Source: a virus
DNA: 42,697 bases
Reading direction: 5' to 3' (one strand)
IMG/VR virus record: IMGVR_UViG_2639762614_000001
Location: 1-42,697 of that record
This document shows, one piece after another, positions 33,092 to 41,187 of this stretch. The notes under the pieces were generated by a model that saw nothing but the letters and a program-made list of their open reading frames with translations, searched no databases and was not told the DNA's origin. A program made the position numbers and the translations under genes. The stretch's first letter is position 1, and every line of letters begins with the position of its first letter.

Positions 33092-33586
33092 ATGTCGTGG
33101 GGGAGAGATCGATGGTGGCTGAATAATATGGTGATCGGTCGAATAATGGATATGATCCAAGGTCAAATCAAGCGGTTGATTGAATTCTTCATCATTGGGA
33201 TCGTATTCGGTGTCTCCGAGGATATCCTCGCTGTCTTGATTGCTACTGATGCAGAACTATCGTTCGATATCGTAGTAGTAGTCGTGGTAATCGCAATTCC
33301 GTTTGCCATATTCTCAGAGCTTATTGTTGATCACCCCAAGTTCCTGCATTTTGAGGAGATATCGATGCGAATCAGTTCATCAATCCTCGGTCACGAGAGT
33401 ATTCAAAACAAGAATCCACCCGGTAACCTTCAGAAAGAGATTGTACCATGGCCACATCATCAGTATTACTGTGACATCTGTAATGTCGAATTCGAAACAG
33501 GGGAACTACTCCAAGAGCATCTTGACCACCAACATTCCGGTGTGCATATCCATTGGTCTGTTCATGCCGATAAAACAAGCCAGTAG
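33092..33586 (+). CDS. Membrane protein with a C-terminal C2H2-type zinc finger, encoded in a strongly AT-rich island
   Basis: Hydrophobic segments (LIEFFIIGIVFGV; FDIVVVVVVIAIPFAIF) and YYCDICNVEFETGELLQEHLDHQH (C-x2-C-x12-H-x4-H). Codon usage is clearly unlike the rest of the genome. Confidence 0.6.
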   Translation: MSWGRDRWWLNNMVIGRIMDMIQGQIKRLIEFFIIGIVFGVSEDILAVLIATDAELSFDIVVVVVVIAIPFAIFSELIVDHPKFLHFEEISMRISSSILGHESIQNKNPPGNLQKEIVPWPHHQYYCDICNVEFETGELLQEHLDHQHSGVHIHWSVHADKTSQ

Positions 33587-33681
33587 TCTAGTAAGGCGTT
33601 CAGTACGCACCCGTACTTACCGAATTGGCCACCTAAATTCAGTCCCTATAATTGGTATAATGGCCGGGTTGCTAACTACTG

Positions 33682-33906
33682 CTATAGCCGTCTATATTGC
33701 CTTTTTCTCGCGTCCTGTGGGTGTGTCCCAATATCGACAAGCCCCTTGCACTCAAGCAGCCGGCCAGAGTCTCGGATCGATTTTTTCGAAAGGCCAGTGC
33801 AGTCGACGATCTCCTCGACAGTCATTGGCCCGTCCTCAAGCGCGAGGTAGACGAGTCGAGCAGCTGGCGGTTCATCGGCGACTTTCTTGGGGAGTTGTTC
33901 AGGCAT
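33682..33906 (-). CDS. Winged HTH DNA-binding protein (74 aa from ATG 33906)
   Basis: ARLVYLALEDGPMTVEEIVDCTGLSKKSIRDSGRLLECKGLVD. Confidence 0.65.
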   Translation of the reverse strand: MPEQLPKKVADEPPAARLVYLALEDGPMTVEEIVDCTGLSKKSIRDSGRLLECKGLVDIGTHPQDARKRQYRRL

Positions 33907-33961
33907 CACTAACACCCCTCCATCGATGTGTTTCCATTTGCAATACCCATAACAGATAGCA

Positions 33962-34348
33962 TCACGCTTCACCTCGCTCGAAGTCGATCGCGACGACGCC
34001 GTCGGCCTCGAGGATCGTCATGTCCAGACGGACTGCGTCCGACCGGCAGATGTACGCGCTCCGATCGGCGCCGTCGATGACCGTGATCATGTCGTCGAAC
34101 GGTCGGAACTCTTCGTGACCGTCGTGGCTCAGCGAGTGGGCCTTGAGTTCGACCCAGCCCCGCGGGATCTCTCGGGCCATGTCGATCGAGATGACGAGGA
34201 CACCATCGCGAGGCTCGTTGCCCAGCTGCTCGAAGCGGTCGCGTGCCTCCTGGAGTATCTCGATCGAGGCCGAACCATCGACGGTCGCGACGTCGTCGTG
34301 TTCGAGGGCGTTTCGCCAGACCTCGAGGGTGTCTTCGAAGACGCTCAT
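33962..34348 (-). CDS. Hypothetical protein (128 aa)
   Basis: 4-nt overlap with the upstream DUF5131 gene. Acidic. Confidence 0.65.
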   Translation of the reverse strand: MSVFEDTLEVWRNALEHDDVATVDGSASIEILQEARDRFEQLGNEPRDGVLVISIDMAREIPRGWVELKAHSLSHDGHEEFRPFDDMITVIDGADRSAYICRSDAVRLDMTILEADGVVAIDFERGEA

Positions 34349-35166
34349 CGGTCTGCGTCACCCCCTCGAGCCTGCTTCGTGATTGCTGGGAGTTCCGGGA
34401 ACTCGCGGATCCGGCGCTGTTCGAAGACGCCCCAGTCCTCGTTCTTGACGGTCAGTCGTGTCCCAGTCTCTGGTCGTGGGCCCGAGCTCTGCTTGAAGTA
34501 GAACGCGACGTCCTCCTCTCGGCACTGCTCGAAGAGATCACGGGCCCACTCGTGTTCCATCTCTCGTCGAGCGTCGGCGGATCCACTTTCGCCACCGACG
34601 ACCGCCCAGTCGATGTGGTCTAGGGCGACTTCGCCGATCGGCTCGATCAGCGGCTCGAAGCTGACCCACTTCGTCGCGACGTCGACGTCACGGAGCTGCT
34701 CGATCCGGTGGGTCGTCGACGGGAACTTTCCTCCAGGACCCGAGCCGACGGAAGTCCCAAGCCAGCAGTTATCCGGCCAGTCGAGCCACCATTCGGCAGC
34801 GTGGTGAGGGCGCTTCGTGAGGAAGATCCAAACGTGTTCCGGGAGCTCTCGGACGCGATCGAGAACCTCCTGAACGAACTCGGGATCGACTTCCCGGTGG
34901 AACATGTCGGTCATCGAGCCGACGAAGACGCGACCGGGACCGTCCGGGAACGTGTATCCGTCGAGATCTTCCTCAAGGCGAGTGCGGTGCATTGTGACGT
35001 TCTCCGAAGCGTTTTCCTGCGTCCATTCCTTCTGTGTGCGGTCCTGACGGAGTGAGAACTCCTCGGCGTAGCAGTTCCAGCACTCAGGGCCAGCGTGACT
35101 ACAGCCGGTGACCGGATTCCACGTGTAGTCAGCCCAACTGATGTTAGTCGTCTGCATCCGGTTCAC
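34345..35166 (-). CDS. Phage Gp37/Gp68 (DUF5131) family protein
   Basis: The N-terminus NISWADYTWNPVTGCSHAGPECWNCYAE is the characteristic family signature (three-Cys motif). Confidence 0.8.
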   Translation of the reverse strand: MNRMQTTNISWADYTWNPVTGCSHAGPECWNCYAEEFSLRQDRTQKEWTQENASENVTMHRTRLEEDLDGYTFPDGPGRVFVGSMTDMFHREVDPEFVQEVLDRVRELPEHVWIFLTKRPHHAAEWWLDWPDNCWLGTSVGSGPGGKFPSTTHRIEQLRDVDVATKWVSFEPLIEPIGEVALDHIDWAVVGGESGSADARREMEHEWARDLFEQCREEDVAFYFKQSSGPRPETGTRLTVKNEDWGVFEQRRIREFPELPAITKQARGGDADR

Positions 35167-35297
35167 CCCCTTCGATTCGCGTAGAGTTCTCAGACTGTGA
35201 AACTGGACGGTCAGTATCGGGCTGTAGTGATCGGTCTCGGGGTATCCCTAACCATGCAGGGACTACGGGGAAATCGATAGTCGGCTGCAGGACTGAT

Positions 35298-35453
35298 ATG
35301 AGAGCCGCACAGGAAGCAAACCGAATCGTGGCCGTCTGTACCGACTGTGGTTCAACATACGCTGCTCGTCTCTGGCCAGATGAAGAGATTCGGCTTATCG
35401 GAACGGGAGCAGACTGTCCCTGTGGCGGAACAGACCTTCGACAAATTAAGTGA
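35298..35453 (+). CDS. Small CPxCG-type zinc-finger protein (51 aa; not in the ORF track)
   Basis: Hand translation: MRAAQEANRIVAVCTDCGSTYAARLWPDEEIRLIGTGADCPCGGTDLRQIK. It has CxxC plus CPCG, as in haloarchaeal CPxCG miniproteins. Confidence 0.5.
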   Translation: MRAAQEANRIVAVCTDCGSTYAARLWPDEEIRLIGTGADCPCGGTDLRQIK

Positions 35454-35471
35454 TCAGTACCGCCCGTGTAC

Positions 35472-35873
35472 TCATCGCTCATCCCAAACACCTCGTAGCT
35501 TCTGGGCCCGCTTGTTCGCAAGTCCGATCACATCGGCACGTCGATTCGACTTGTCGACCCGAGAGAAGTACGTACGGTTCTTCTCGGCGAGTCTATCGGC
35601 GTCATTGATCCCCAGTCGAGTGCGCCCCCCGTCGTCTTCGGCTTCGAAGAGATCGCCGTTGCGGCACGCGGCTCTGATCGCTTTTCGGAGTTCCTCGAGG
35701 CCGTAGTCGCCGTAGCCCGCGCTGTGCAGTGTCCCGATGACCGAGGACTTCTTTGCGAGTGGTGGCTGACGGTGGCCCGAGTTGTAGTCGACAGCGCGGA
35801 TGAGTGCTTCGTAGACCTTTTTCGAGCGCTTGCGCCGTTCTGCTTCCGTCTGGGTGGTAGATGATCGGGCCAT
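35472..35873 (-). CDS. Hypothetical basic protein downstream of MCM (133 aa)
   Basis: Its start abuts the MCM stop. Confidence 0.6.
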   Translation of the reverse strand: MARSSTTQTEAERRKRSKKVYEALIRAVDYNSGHRQPPLAKKSSVIGTLHSAGYGDYGLEELRKAIRAACRNGDLFEAEDDGGRTRLGINDADRLAEKNRTYFSRVDKSNRRADVIGLANKRAQKLRGVWDER

Positions 35874-37976
35874 CTACGTCACCCGCACCTCCTTGTTGGT
35901 CTTCGGCTCGTAGGCGTCGCCTTTCTTTTTCAGCTTCTCGATCTCGTGTTTCGCCTTCTTCCTCGAGATCCCGACCTCTTCGAGCTCATCGAAGACATCT
36001 TCGTAGGGGACGCCGCCGGCCTTCCCGGCCTGGAGCTCCCGGATGACCGCCTTGACGTTCTTGATCCGGTCTCGCTGGGGCTTCGAGGAGTTCGCCTCGA
36101 CGACGTCGGCATCGAACTCGCCATCCTCGTTCATCCCGTAGTCCTGGAGCGACTCGCCGACGTGACGCTTCGCACGCTTGATGTCTTCCTCTTCGATCCA
36201 CTGCGAGAGTCGGGACCGGGCGCTGGCCTCGGCGATCCGGTGCATGTCCTGGAGTTTCCGCAGCGTGATCGGGACTGGCGCATCCTCATCGTAGCCGTTG
36301 ACCCCGCGCATCCGGACGTACGCATCGCGGAGCTTGTTCTGCATCTCCTCGCTGCGGAACCGCGGGTCAGGGAGTTGCCGCGCGTAGGCGACGTACTTCC
36401 GGAGTAGGTCGTGATCAATCACGCGATCGTCATCGTCGACGTCGGTTGCTTCGCCGGCGCGTTTCGCTTTCGCCGTCTCTTTGGTCTCGAGGACGTGTTC
36501 GGCCTTCTCTCGGTCCGTCTCTTCGTCCGGGATGTCCTGCAACTTCCAGATCAAGGCGAATCGAGAAAGGAGCGTCTCGCTCAGTTCGATCTGTTCGTTG
36601 TCGGCGACGTACTCGTCCCAGCGATCGTGCTTTGGGTTGCCGCCGGCGAAGACTGAGGTCTCGGCGGGGAGGGTGGTGTTGATCCCACCCTTGTTGATGT
36701 CGACTTTCATGTCGGCCATCGCGCCGTGCATCGAGTCCTGGACATCTTCGCGAACCTTGTCGATCTCGTCGACGCACGCGAGGCCGTTGTTGGCTTGGAC
36801 CAGCGCGCCGGCGTCGAGCGTCCACTCGCCGTCGGCCCAGTCGTCCTGCTTCGCCGTGGCAGTCATCCCGGCCTCGGTCGCGCCCTTGCCGTTCGCGAAG
36901 ACCGACCGCGGCGCTATCGCCTTCGCCTCGCGGAGCAGCGTGGACTTGCCGGTCGAGGCATCGCCGATCAGCAGCATGTGGAAGACGCCCCGGACCTCAC
37001 GCCCGTTGTCGAGCTCGACGGTTGCACCGCCGATCAGCATCAGGAAGATGCACTCCTTGATGAGGTCGTACTTCTCGCCCGTGAGATCGGGCGCGATACT
37101 GTCGGTGAGCACCTCGAATAGTGGGCCGTACTCGCCGTTCGCGATCGCCTCGATTCGTTGTTTATCCTCGTCGGTGATCTCGAGGTCCTCGAAGTCGGTG
37201 TCACGCACTTCGATGTGGTGACCGTCGATGTAGGGCTTGAACCGTGCGCTCTTCTTGTTGTTCGACCCGTCCTGTTGAAGGCGGAGGCGGCCAGTGACGT
37301 TGACGCGATCGCCCGGTTCGACCTCGTCGCAGAGATCGTCCTCGAGGACGATGTCGATCTTCGTCCCGTCACCGCCGGCGACCACTTCGGGTGGCTCGGC
37401 GACTCGGAGGTGCTGGGCGTCGACGAATTCGGACTGGTCGAAGTTCACGCGGAAGGGGCCCTGCCGCTCACAGCCCTGGCACTCGTGGGGTTCCTGGAAG
37501 TCATCGCCCGTGCCGGACTGCGGGACCCGCGTGATCGAGCCACAGAGCTGGCACTCAAAGGCGGCTTCCTCCACCTTCGGATCGACGTCGGTCGCCTTCT
37601 CGACCTGCCCCTCGATGGTGAGATACGGTGTGTCGTCGTGGCGATCGGTCGGGGAGAACCACCCTGGGTAGAACGAGTCGGTCCCGTTCAGGTTGTGGAC
37701 GCGGACGTGTGCGTTCCCGAGCGAGACGTCGATCGGGAGGTCGTACAGCCGGAGTGCTTCTTCGGCGTACCGCTGGAGTTGCTCCGGCTGCGTGAGGTAG
37801 TCGTCCGCGAGGGCGGGGTCGGACCGGAAGAGGTCCTCCCAGTCGACCTCGAGCGAACGTTGCTCGTTCGGGTAGTGCTGAGCGAGCGTCCGGATCTCGT
37901 CGTCATAGTAGTCGCGGAAGAACTCCTGGAACGAATCCACGAGTTCCGCGTTTGCAGCGTCTGTTGCGGCGGACAT
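35874..37976 (-). CDS. mcm: MCM replicative helicase (alternative in-frame starts ATG 37994, GTG 38027)
   Basis: Zinc motif CQLCG...CQGC, Walker A LLIGDASTGKST, Walker B ACVDEIDK, arginine-finger region LLSRFALIW, C-terminal wHTH. Confidence 0.95.
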   Translation of the reverse strand: MSAATDAANAELVDSFQEFFRDYYDDEIRTLAQHYPNEQRSLEVDWEDLFRSDPALADDYLTQPEQLQRYAEEALRLYDLPIDVSLGNAHVRVHNLNGTDSFYPGWFSPTDRHDDTPYLTIEGQVEKATDVDPKVEEAAFECQLCGSITRVPQSGTGDDFQEPHECQGCERQGPFRVNFDQSEFVDAQHLRVAEPPEVVAGGDGTKIDIVLEDDLCDEVEPGDRVNVTGRLRLQQDGSNNKKSARFKPYIDGHHIEVRDTDFEDLEITDEDKQRIEAIANGEYGPLFEVLTDSIAPDLTGEKYDLIKECIFLMLIGGATVELDNGREVRGVFHMLLIGDASTGKSTLLREAKAIAPRSVFANGKGATEAGMTATAKQDDWADGEWTLDAGALVQANNGLACVDEIDKVREDVQDSMHGAMADMKVDINKGGINTTLPAETSVFAGGNPKHDRWDEYVADNEQIELSETLLSRFALIWKLQDIPDEETDREKAEHVLETKETAKAKRAGEATDVDDDDRVIDHDLLRKYVAYARQLPDPRFRSEEMQNKLRDAYVRMRGVNGYDEDAPVPITLRKLQDMHRIAEASARSRLSQWIEEEDIKRAKRHVGESLQDYGMNEDGEFDADVVEANSSKPQRDRIKNVKAVIRELQAGKAGGVPYEDVFDELEEVGISRKKAKHEIEKLKKKGDAYEPKTNKEVRVT

Positions 37977-37999
37977 TACGCGATCGACCTCCATCGACC

Positions 38000-38230
38000 G
38001 GGTGTTGCGGAGGTGTTGCGTCTCCACAACACCGAACGAGAGGTGTGGAACGTTTCGGATGCGAGCGATGCGAGCGATGTGCGAGCGTACCGTTGACTAA
38101 TCGACATTTGCTTTCTTGGGTTACCTCATGGGATTTTCATCCAATCCAACCGTCCTTGTTCTCTGGACGGTCCTGGAGGCGGGGGCCCCCTCATGAGGTG
38201 TTGTGGAACCGCAACACCTCCGCAACAGGT
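38000..38230. promoter_or_regulatory. Candidate replication origin: 34-nt imperfect inverted repeats flanking an AT-richer core, with GGTGTTG iterons
   Basis: Arms 38000-38033 and 38197-38230 match in about 30 of 34 positions when reverse-complemented. GTGGAAC cores at 38045-38051 and 38203-38209. Tandem gatgcgagc repeats at 38058-38086. GGGGGCCCCC at 38181-38190. AT-richer stretch at about 38090-38150. Confidence 0.6.
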
Positions 38231-38232
38231 GT

Positions 38233-38829
38233 TCACTTGGACAACACCCCCTCGTGGATCCGGACGCCGGCGATCGTCTCCGGGAGGTCGGTCGGTGACT
38301 TGACGATCAGTCGCGTGTTCTTCGAACTCGAGCGTGGCTCTTTCTCGAACCGGCAGATGCTCTTGTCGCCGACGATATCCTCGGCTTTCTCCATCACGTC
38401 GTAGGTATCCGTGCGATGGATCTTCTCGTCGCTCGCCTCGAGGACATCCTGAATGCGCCCGGCGTCGTATTCTTCGCGACCAACCGATCCGCTCGTCACG
38501 TTCGCGGCGTGTTTGAGCACGATCGCGGCCTGCCGGTCTCGCTTCGCTGCGGTCTTCCGAGCGATCGGCTGGTAGAACTCCGCGGCTTGGTTCATCTTGT
38601 CAACCTGGTCGCGAAGATCGACCACGCGCTGACGCAGCTGCTCGTTCTCTTCCTCGAGGCCCTCGACACGATCGACGGCGCGCTGGGCGGCCTCGACGGG
38701 CCCGCACTCGGTCGGGTCGATCTCGTCGCCGGCGAGGCCATAGATGAGCTTCCGGAAGGCGACGTCGTTGGCCGCGTCCTCGTCGAGCGACTCGTCGGCG
38801 TGACGTGCGTCGGCGTAGTCGTCGGTCAC
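38233..38829 (-). CDS. Hypothetical coiled-coil protein (198 aa)
   Basis: 4-nt overlap with the upstream gene. Acidic. Confidence 0.65.
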   Translation of the reverse strand: MTDDYADARHADESLDEDAANDVAFRKLIYGLAGDEIDPTECGPVEAAQRAVDRVEGLEEENEQLRQRVVDLRDQVDKMNQAAEFYQPIARKTAAKRDRQAAIVLKHAANVTSGSVGREEYDAGRIQDVLEASDEKIHRTDTYDVMEKAEDIVGDKSICRFEKEPRSSSKNTRLIVKSPTDLPETIAGVRIHEGVLSK

Positions 38830-39164
38830 CGCTGCTCACCTCCGTCGGGATCGTAGACGATCTCACCGGCACGCGCGATCTTGAAGTCCGGTCCGGCGAC
38901 CAACCCGCGGATGCGATTCTTCAGCGTCTCATCGGCCCGAATGTCGGTGTGGCGTCGGTAGAGCTTGTGGAGCCGCTTGATGGGGACCGTTTCCCCGGGG
39001 TCGAGATGCTCGACCACGGCTTCGTCGCGATCGTCGTAATCAGCGGCGGGGTCGTCATCGTCCTCGAGTTCGGCGACACGCTGCTCGAGGTCCTGGACCT
39101 TCGCGAGCGCTCGCTGGGCGACCTCGAGGGCATCCTCTGGGCGGATATCCGGCCCGTCAGACAT
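38826..39164 (-). CDS. Hypothetical protein (112 aa from ATG 39164)
   Basis: The track ORF 38826..39206 is trimmed to the ATG that overlaps the upstream mini-ORF stop (ATGTCTGA). Confidence 0.6.
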   Translation of the reverse strand: MSDGPDIRPEDALEVAQRALAKVQDLEQRVAELEDDDDPAADYDDRDEAVVEHLDPGETVPIKRLHKLYRRHTDIRADETLKNRIRGLVAGPDFKIARAGEIVYDPDGGEQR

Positions 39165-39306
39165 GCCGGACCACCTCGTAATCCTCAGCACAGCCGTCGC
39201 AGGCATAGACCTCGCCGCGTTCGGGGTGATCTATGACGACGTCGGCGTCCGTCCGGCACCCCAGCGTTCCGCAGAACGGGCCGAACCCGTCGGTTGCGGA
39301 ACTCAC
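39157..39306 (-). CDS. 49-aa zinc-ribbon miniprotein (GTG start; not in the ORF track)
   Basis: Hand translation: (M)SSATDGFGPFCGTLGCRTDADVVIDHPERGEVYACDGCAEDYEVVRHV. GGAGGTG lies 7 nt upstream of the GTG. Confidence 0.45.
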   Translation of the reverse strand: MSSATDGFGPFCGTLGCRTDADVVIDHPERGEVYACDGCAEDYEVVRHV

Positions 39307-39342
39307 GCCGCGACACCTCCGGTTACGCCGCTATGAGAATGG

Positions 39343-39462
39343 GCTTTGAACCTGGGGTTCGGATTGCTTGTAAATTCAGAACTATCGGAAACACCGATAC
39401 CCGCAGGTAGAAGCTTTGAACCTAAGGATTTAAGCCAGGGGTGGGCCGGGAACCTCAGGTTC
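39343..39462. promoter_or_regulatory. Repeated GAACC-N3-GGTTC palindromes / gctttgaacct direct repeats in the int-upstream divergent region
   Basis: gaacctggggttc at 39348-39360, gaacctaaggatt at 39418-39430, gaacctcaggttc at 39450-39462. gctttgaacct at 39343 and 39413. TATA-like ttttat at ~39474, about 27 nt before the int ATG. Confidence 0.5.
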
Positions 39463-39503
39463 ATAGCCATAGTTTTATGACTCTCTGATATTTCTAGCGG
39501 TTC

Positions 39504-40721
39504 ATGGGACGGCGAAAACCGCGCAACCGAATCGACGATCTTCGCGATCGAGCCAAGACCGGCGACGGCATTGGTGACCGCGATCAGGAGTACCTCATCG
39601 AGTTCAGCGATCGCCTCGATCTCCTCTCTCAGGAGTACTCTGACTTCCGCCACGAGAAGCTTCTCCGGCACTGCGTCATCATGGCCGAGGAACTCGAGGA
39701 CGATACGCTCGCTGCTGCCTTCGAGGACCGTGACGCCGCCGAGACGATCGTCGCCTGGATCAACCGGAACTACGACAACGAGGAGACCAACCGGGACTAC
39801 CGGAGCGCGATCCGCGTCTTCGCGAAGCGCGTCTCCGGTGACGACGATGAGTGTCCGCCCTCGGTCGAGTGGGTCCCGACTGGGACCTCGCGGAACTACG
39901 ATCCGAGCCCGGATCCCCGAGAGATGCTCAAGTGGGAGGACCACGTCGTCCCGATGATCGACGAGTGCTACAACGCACGCGACGCGGCTATGATCGCCCT
40001 GCAGTTCGACGCTGGCCTCCGGGGCGGCGAGTTCAAGAGCCTCGAGGTCGGCGACATCCAGGACCACGAGCATGGCCTCCAGGTCACCGTCGAGGGGAAA
40101 CAGGGCCGCCGGACCGTCATGCTGATCCCGGCGGTCCCCCACGTCAACCGCTGGCTCGACGACCATCCCGATCGCGACGATCCCGACGCACCCCTCTGGT
40201 CGAAGATCACCAAGTGCGAGCCGATCTCCGACCGAATGGTCTCGAAGGTCTTCGACGAGGCCGCCGATCGGGCCGACGTCGACAAGCCCGTCACGCTGAC
40301 GAACTTCCGGAAGTCGTCCGCCGCGTTCCTCGCCTCGAGGAACCTCAACCAGGCTCACATCGAGGAGCATCACGGCTGGGTCCGCGGGAGCAAGGTCGCT
40401 GCCCGCTACATCTCGGTCTTCTCCGAGGACTCCGACCGTGAGCTCGCGAAGATCCACGACATCGATGTCTCTGAAAGCGAGCCGGACTCGATCGCACCCC
40501 TCGAGTGTACCCGTTGCGGCCGGGAAACGCCCCGGGACGAACCGCTGTGCGTCTGGTGCGGCCAGGCGATGGACCCGCAGGCTGCCGCCGAACTCGACGA
40601 GGCTGACGACCGAGAGGCCGAATCGCTCGCTGACCTCCCGCCGGAGAAGGCCCAGAAGGTCCTCGAACTGGCCGACGTCCTCGACGATCCCGAGGTCCAA
40701 AGCTCGCTCCTCGATCGATAA
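39504..40721 (+). CDS. int: Tyrosine recombinase / integrase with a C-terminal zinc ribbon
   Basis: ALQFDAGLRGGEF (catalytic Arg box), HGWVRGSKVAARYI (H-x-x-R ... Y), and CTRCGRETPRDEPLCVWCG near the C-terminus. Confidence 0.9.
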   Translation: MGRRKPRNRIDDLRDRAKTGDGIGDRDQEYLIEFSDRLDLLSQEYSDFRHEKLLRHCVIMAEELEDDTLAAAFEDRDAAETIVAWINRNYDNEETNRDYRSAIRVFAKRVSGDDDECPPSVEWVPTGTSRNYDPSPDPREMLKWEDHVVPMIDECYNARDAAMIALQFDAGLRGGEFKSLEVGDIQDHEHGLQVTVEGKQGRRTVMLIPAVPHVNRWLDDHPDRDDPDAPLWSKITKCEPISDRMVSKVFDEAADRADVDKPVTLTNFRKSSAAFLASRNLNQAHIEEHHGWVRGSKVAARYISVFSEDSDRELAKIHDIDVSESEPDSIAPLECTRCGRETPRDEPLCVWCGQAMDPQAAAELDEADDREAESLADLPPEKAQKVLELADVLDDPEVQSSLLDR

Positions 40722-40741
40722 ACTACGACGGGCTATAGCTT

Positions 40742-40900
40742 TCATCGGTATCCCCTCTCTTCGAGCTCCTCGAGGAGGACCTCGGCGTCCTGCGCCATCG
40801 GGACATCCTCCTCGATCAGCATCTCGAGCGTGTCTTCGTGTTCGGCGAGTTCTTCCCACGGGTCGCTATCGTCGGTTGGTGGTGTTTTACTCCGGCTCAT
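40742..40900 (-). CDS. Very acidic 52-aa protein (from ATG 40900)
   Basis: ATGA overlap with the upstream gene. Sequence: MSRSKTPPTDDSDPWEELAEHEDTLEMLIEEDVPMAQDAEVLLEELEERGYR. Confidence 0.5.
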   Translation of the reverse strand: MSRSKTPPTDDSDPWEELAEHEDTLEMLIEEDVPMAQDAEVLLEELEERGYR

Positions 40901-41187
40901 TGGTTGATCTGGGATCGGATGTACTGCTGTTCGTCTTGCGAGCGCTGCCACAGCGGGATACAGGTCGTCAGCGTGCCGTCGGCAGCGGCGAGTAACACAA
41001 GCTCCGTTGCCCGGTGGTAGCGGGCGTGCTTCGCCGGCGGGCTCATGCTGGGGTACTCGACCGGGACGGCCTCAAGCCACGCAGCCCGCGGGTTCAGTTT
41101 CGGTCGATCGGACCGTTCAGACCAACGCTCGTAAGCGTGGTTCGACACGCTGATCTCGGTGTAGCTGGGCGACCGCGTAACGCTCAT
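40897..41187 (-). CDS. Hypothetical protein (96 aa) with a DUF4258/BrnT-like HAxERxxER pattern (weak)
   Basis: EISVSNHAYERWSERS...ELVLLAAADGTLTTCIPL resembles small toxin-fold proteins. Judged by eye only. Confidence 0.5.
   Translation of the reverse strand: MSVTRSPSYTEISVSNHAYERWSERSDRPKLNPRAAWLEAVPVEYPSMSPPAKHARYHRATELVLLAAADGTLTTCIPLWQRSQDEQQYIRSQINQ

Noticed and set aside
37977-38027. Longer MCM N-terminus starting at GTG 38027 or ATG 37994
   Set aside because: The extension (METQHLRNTRSMEVDRV) is encoded by the left origin repeat arm itself. The start at ATG 37976 gives a typical MCM N-terminus. It remains an open alternative.
39303-40859. 518-aa minus-strand ORF covering the whole integrase locus
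   Set aside because: It is antisense to a motif-supported tyrosine recombinase. Its Arg/Gly/Val/Asp-rich low-complexity translation is typical of shadow ORFs in GC-rich DNA.
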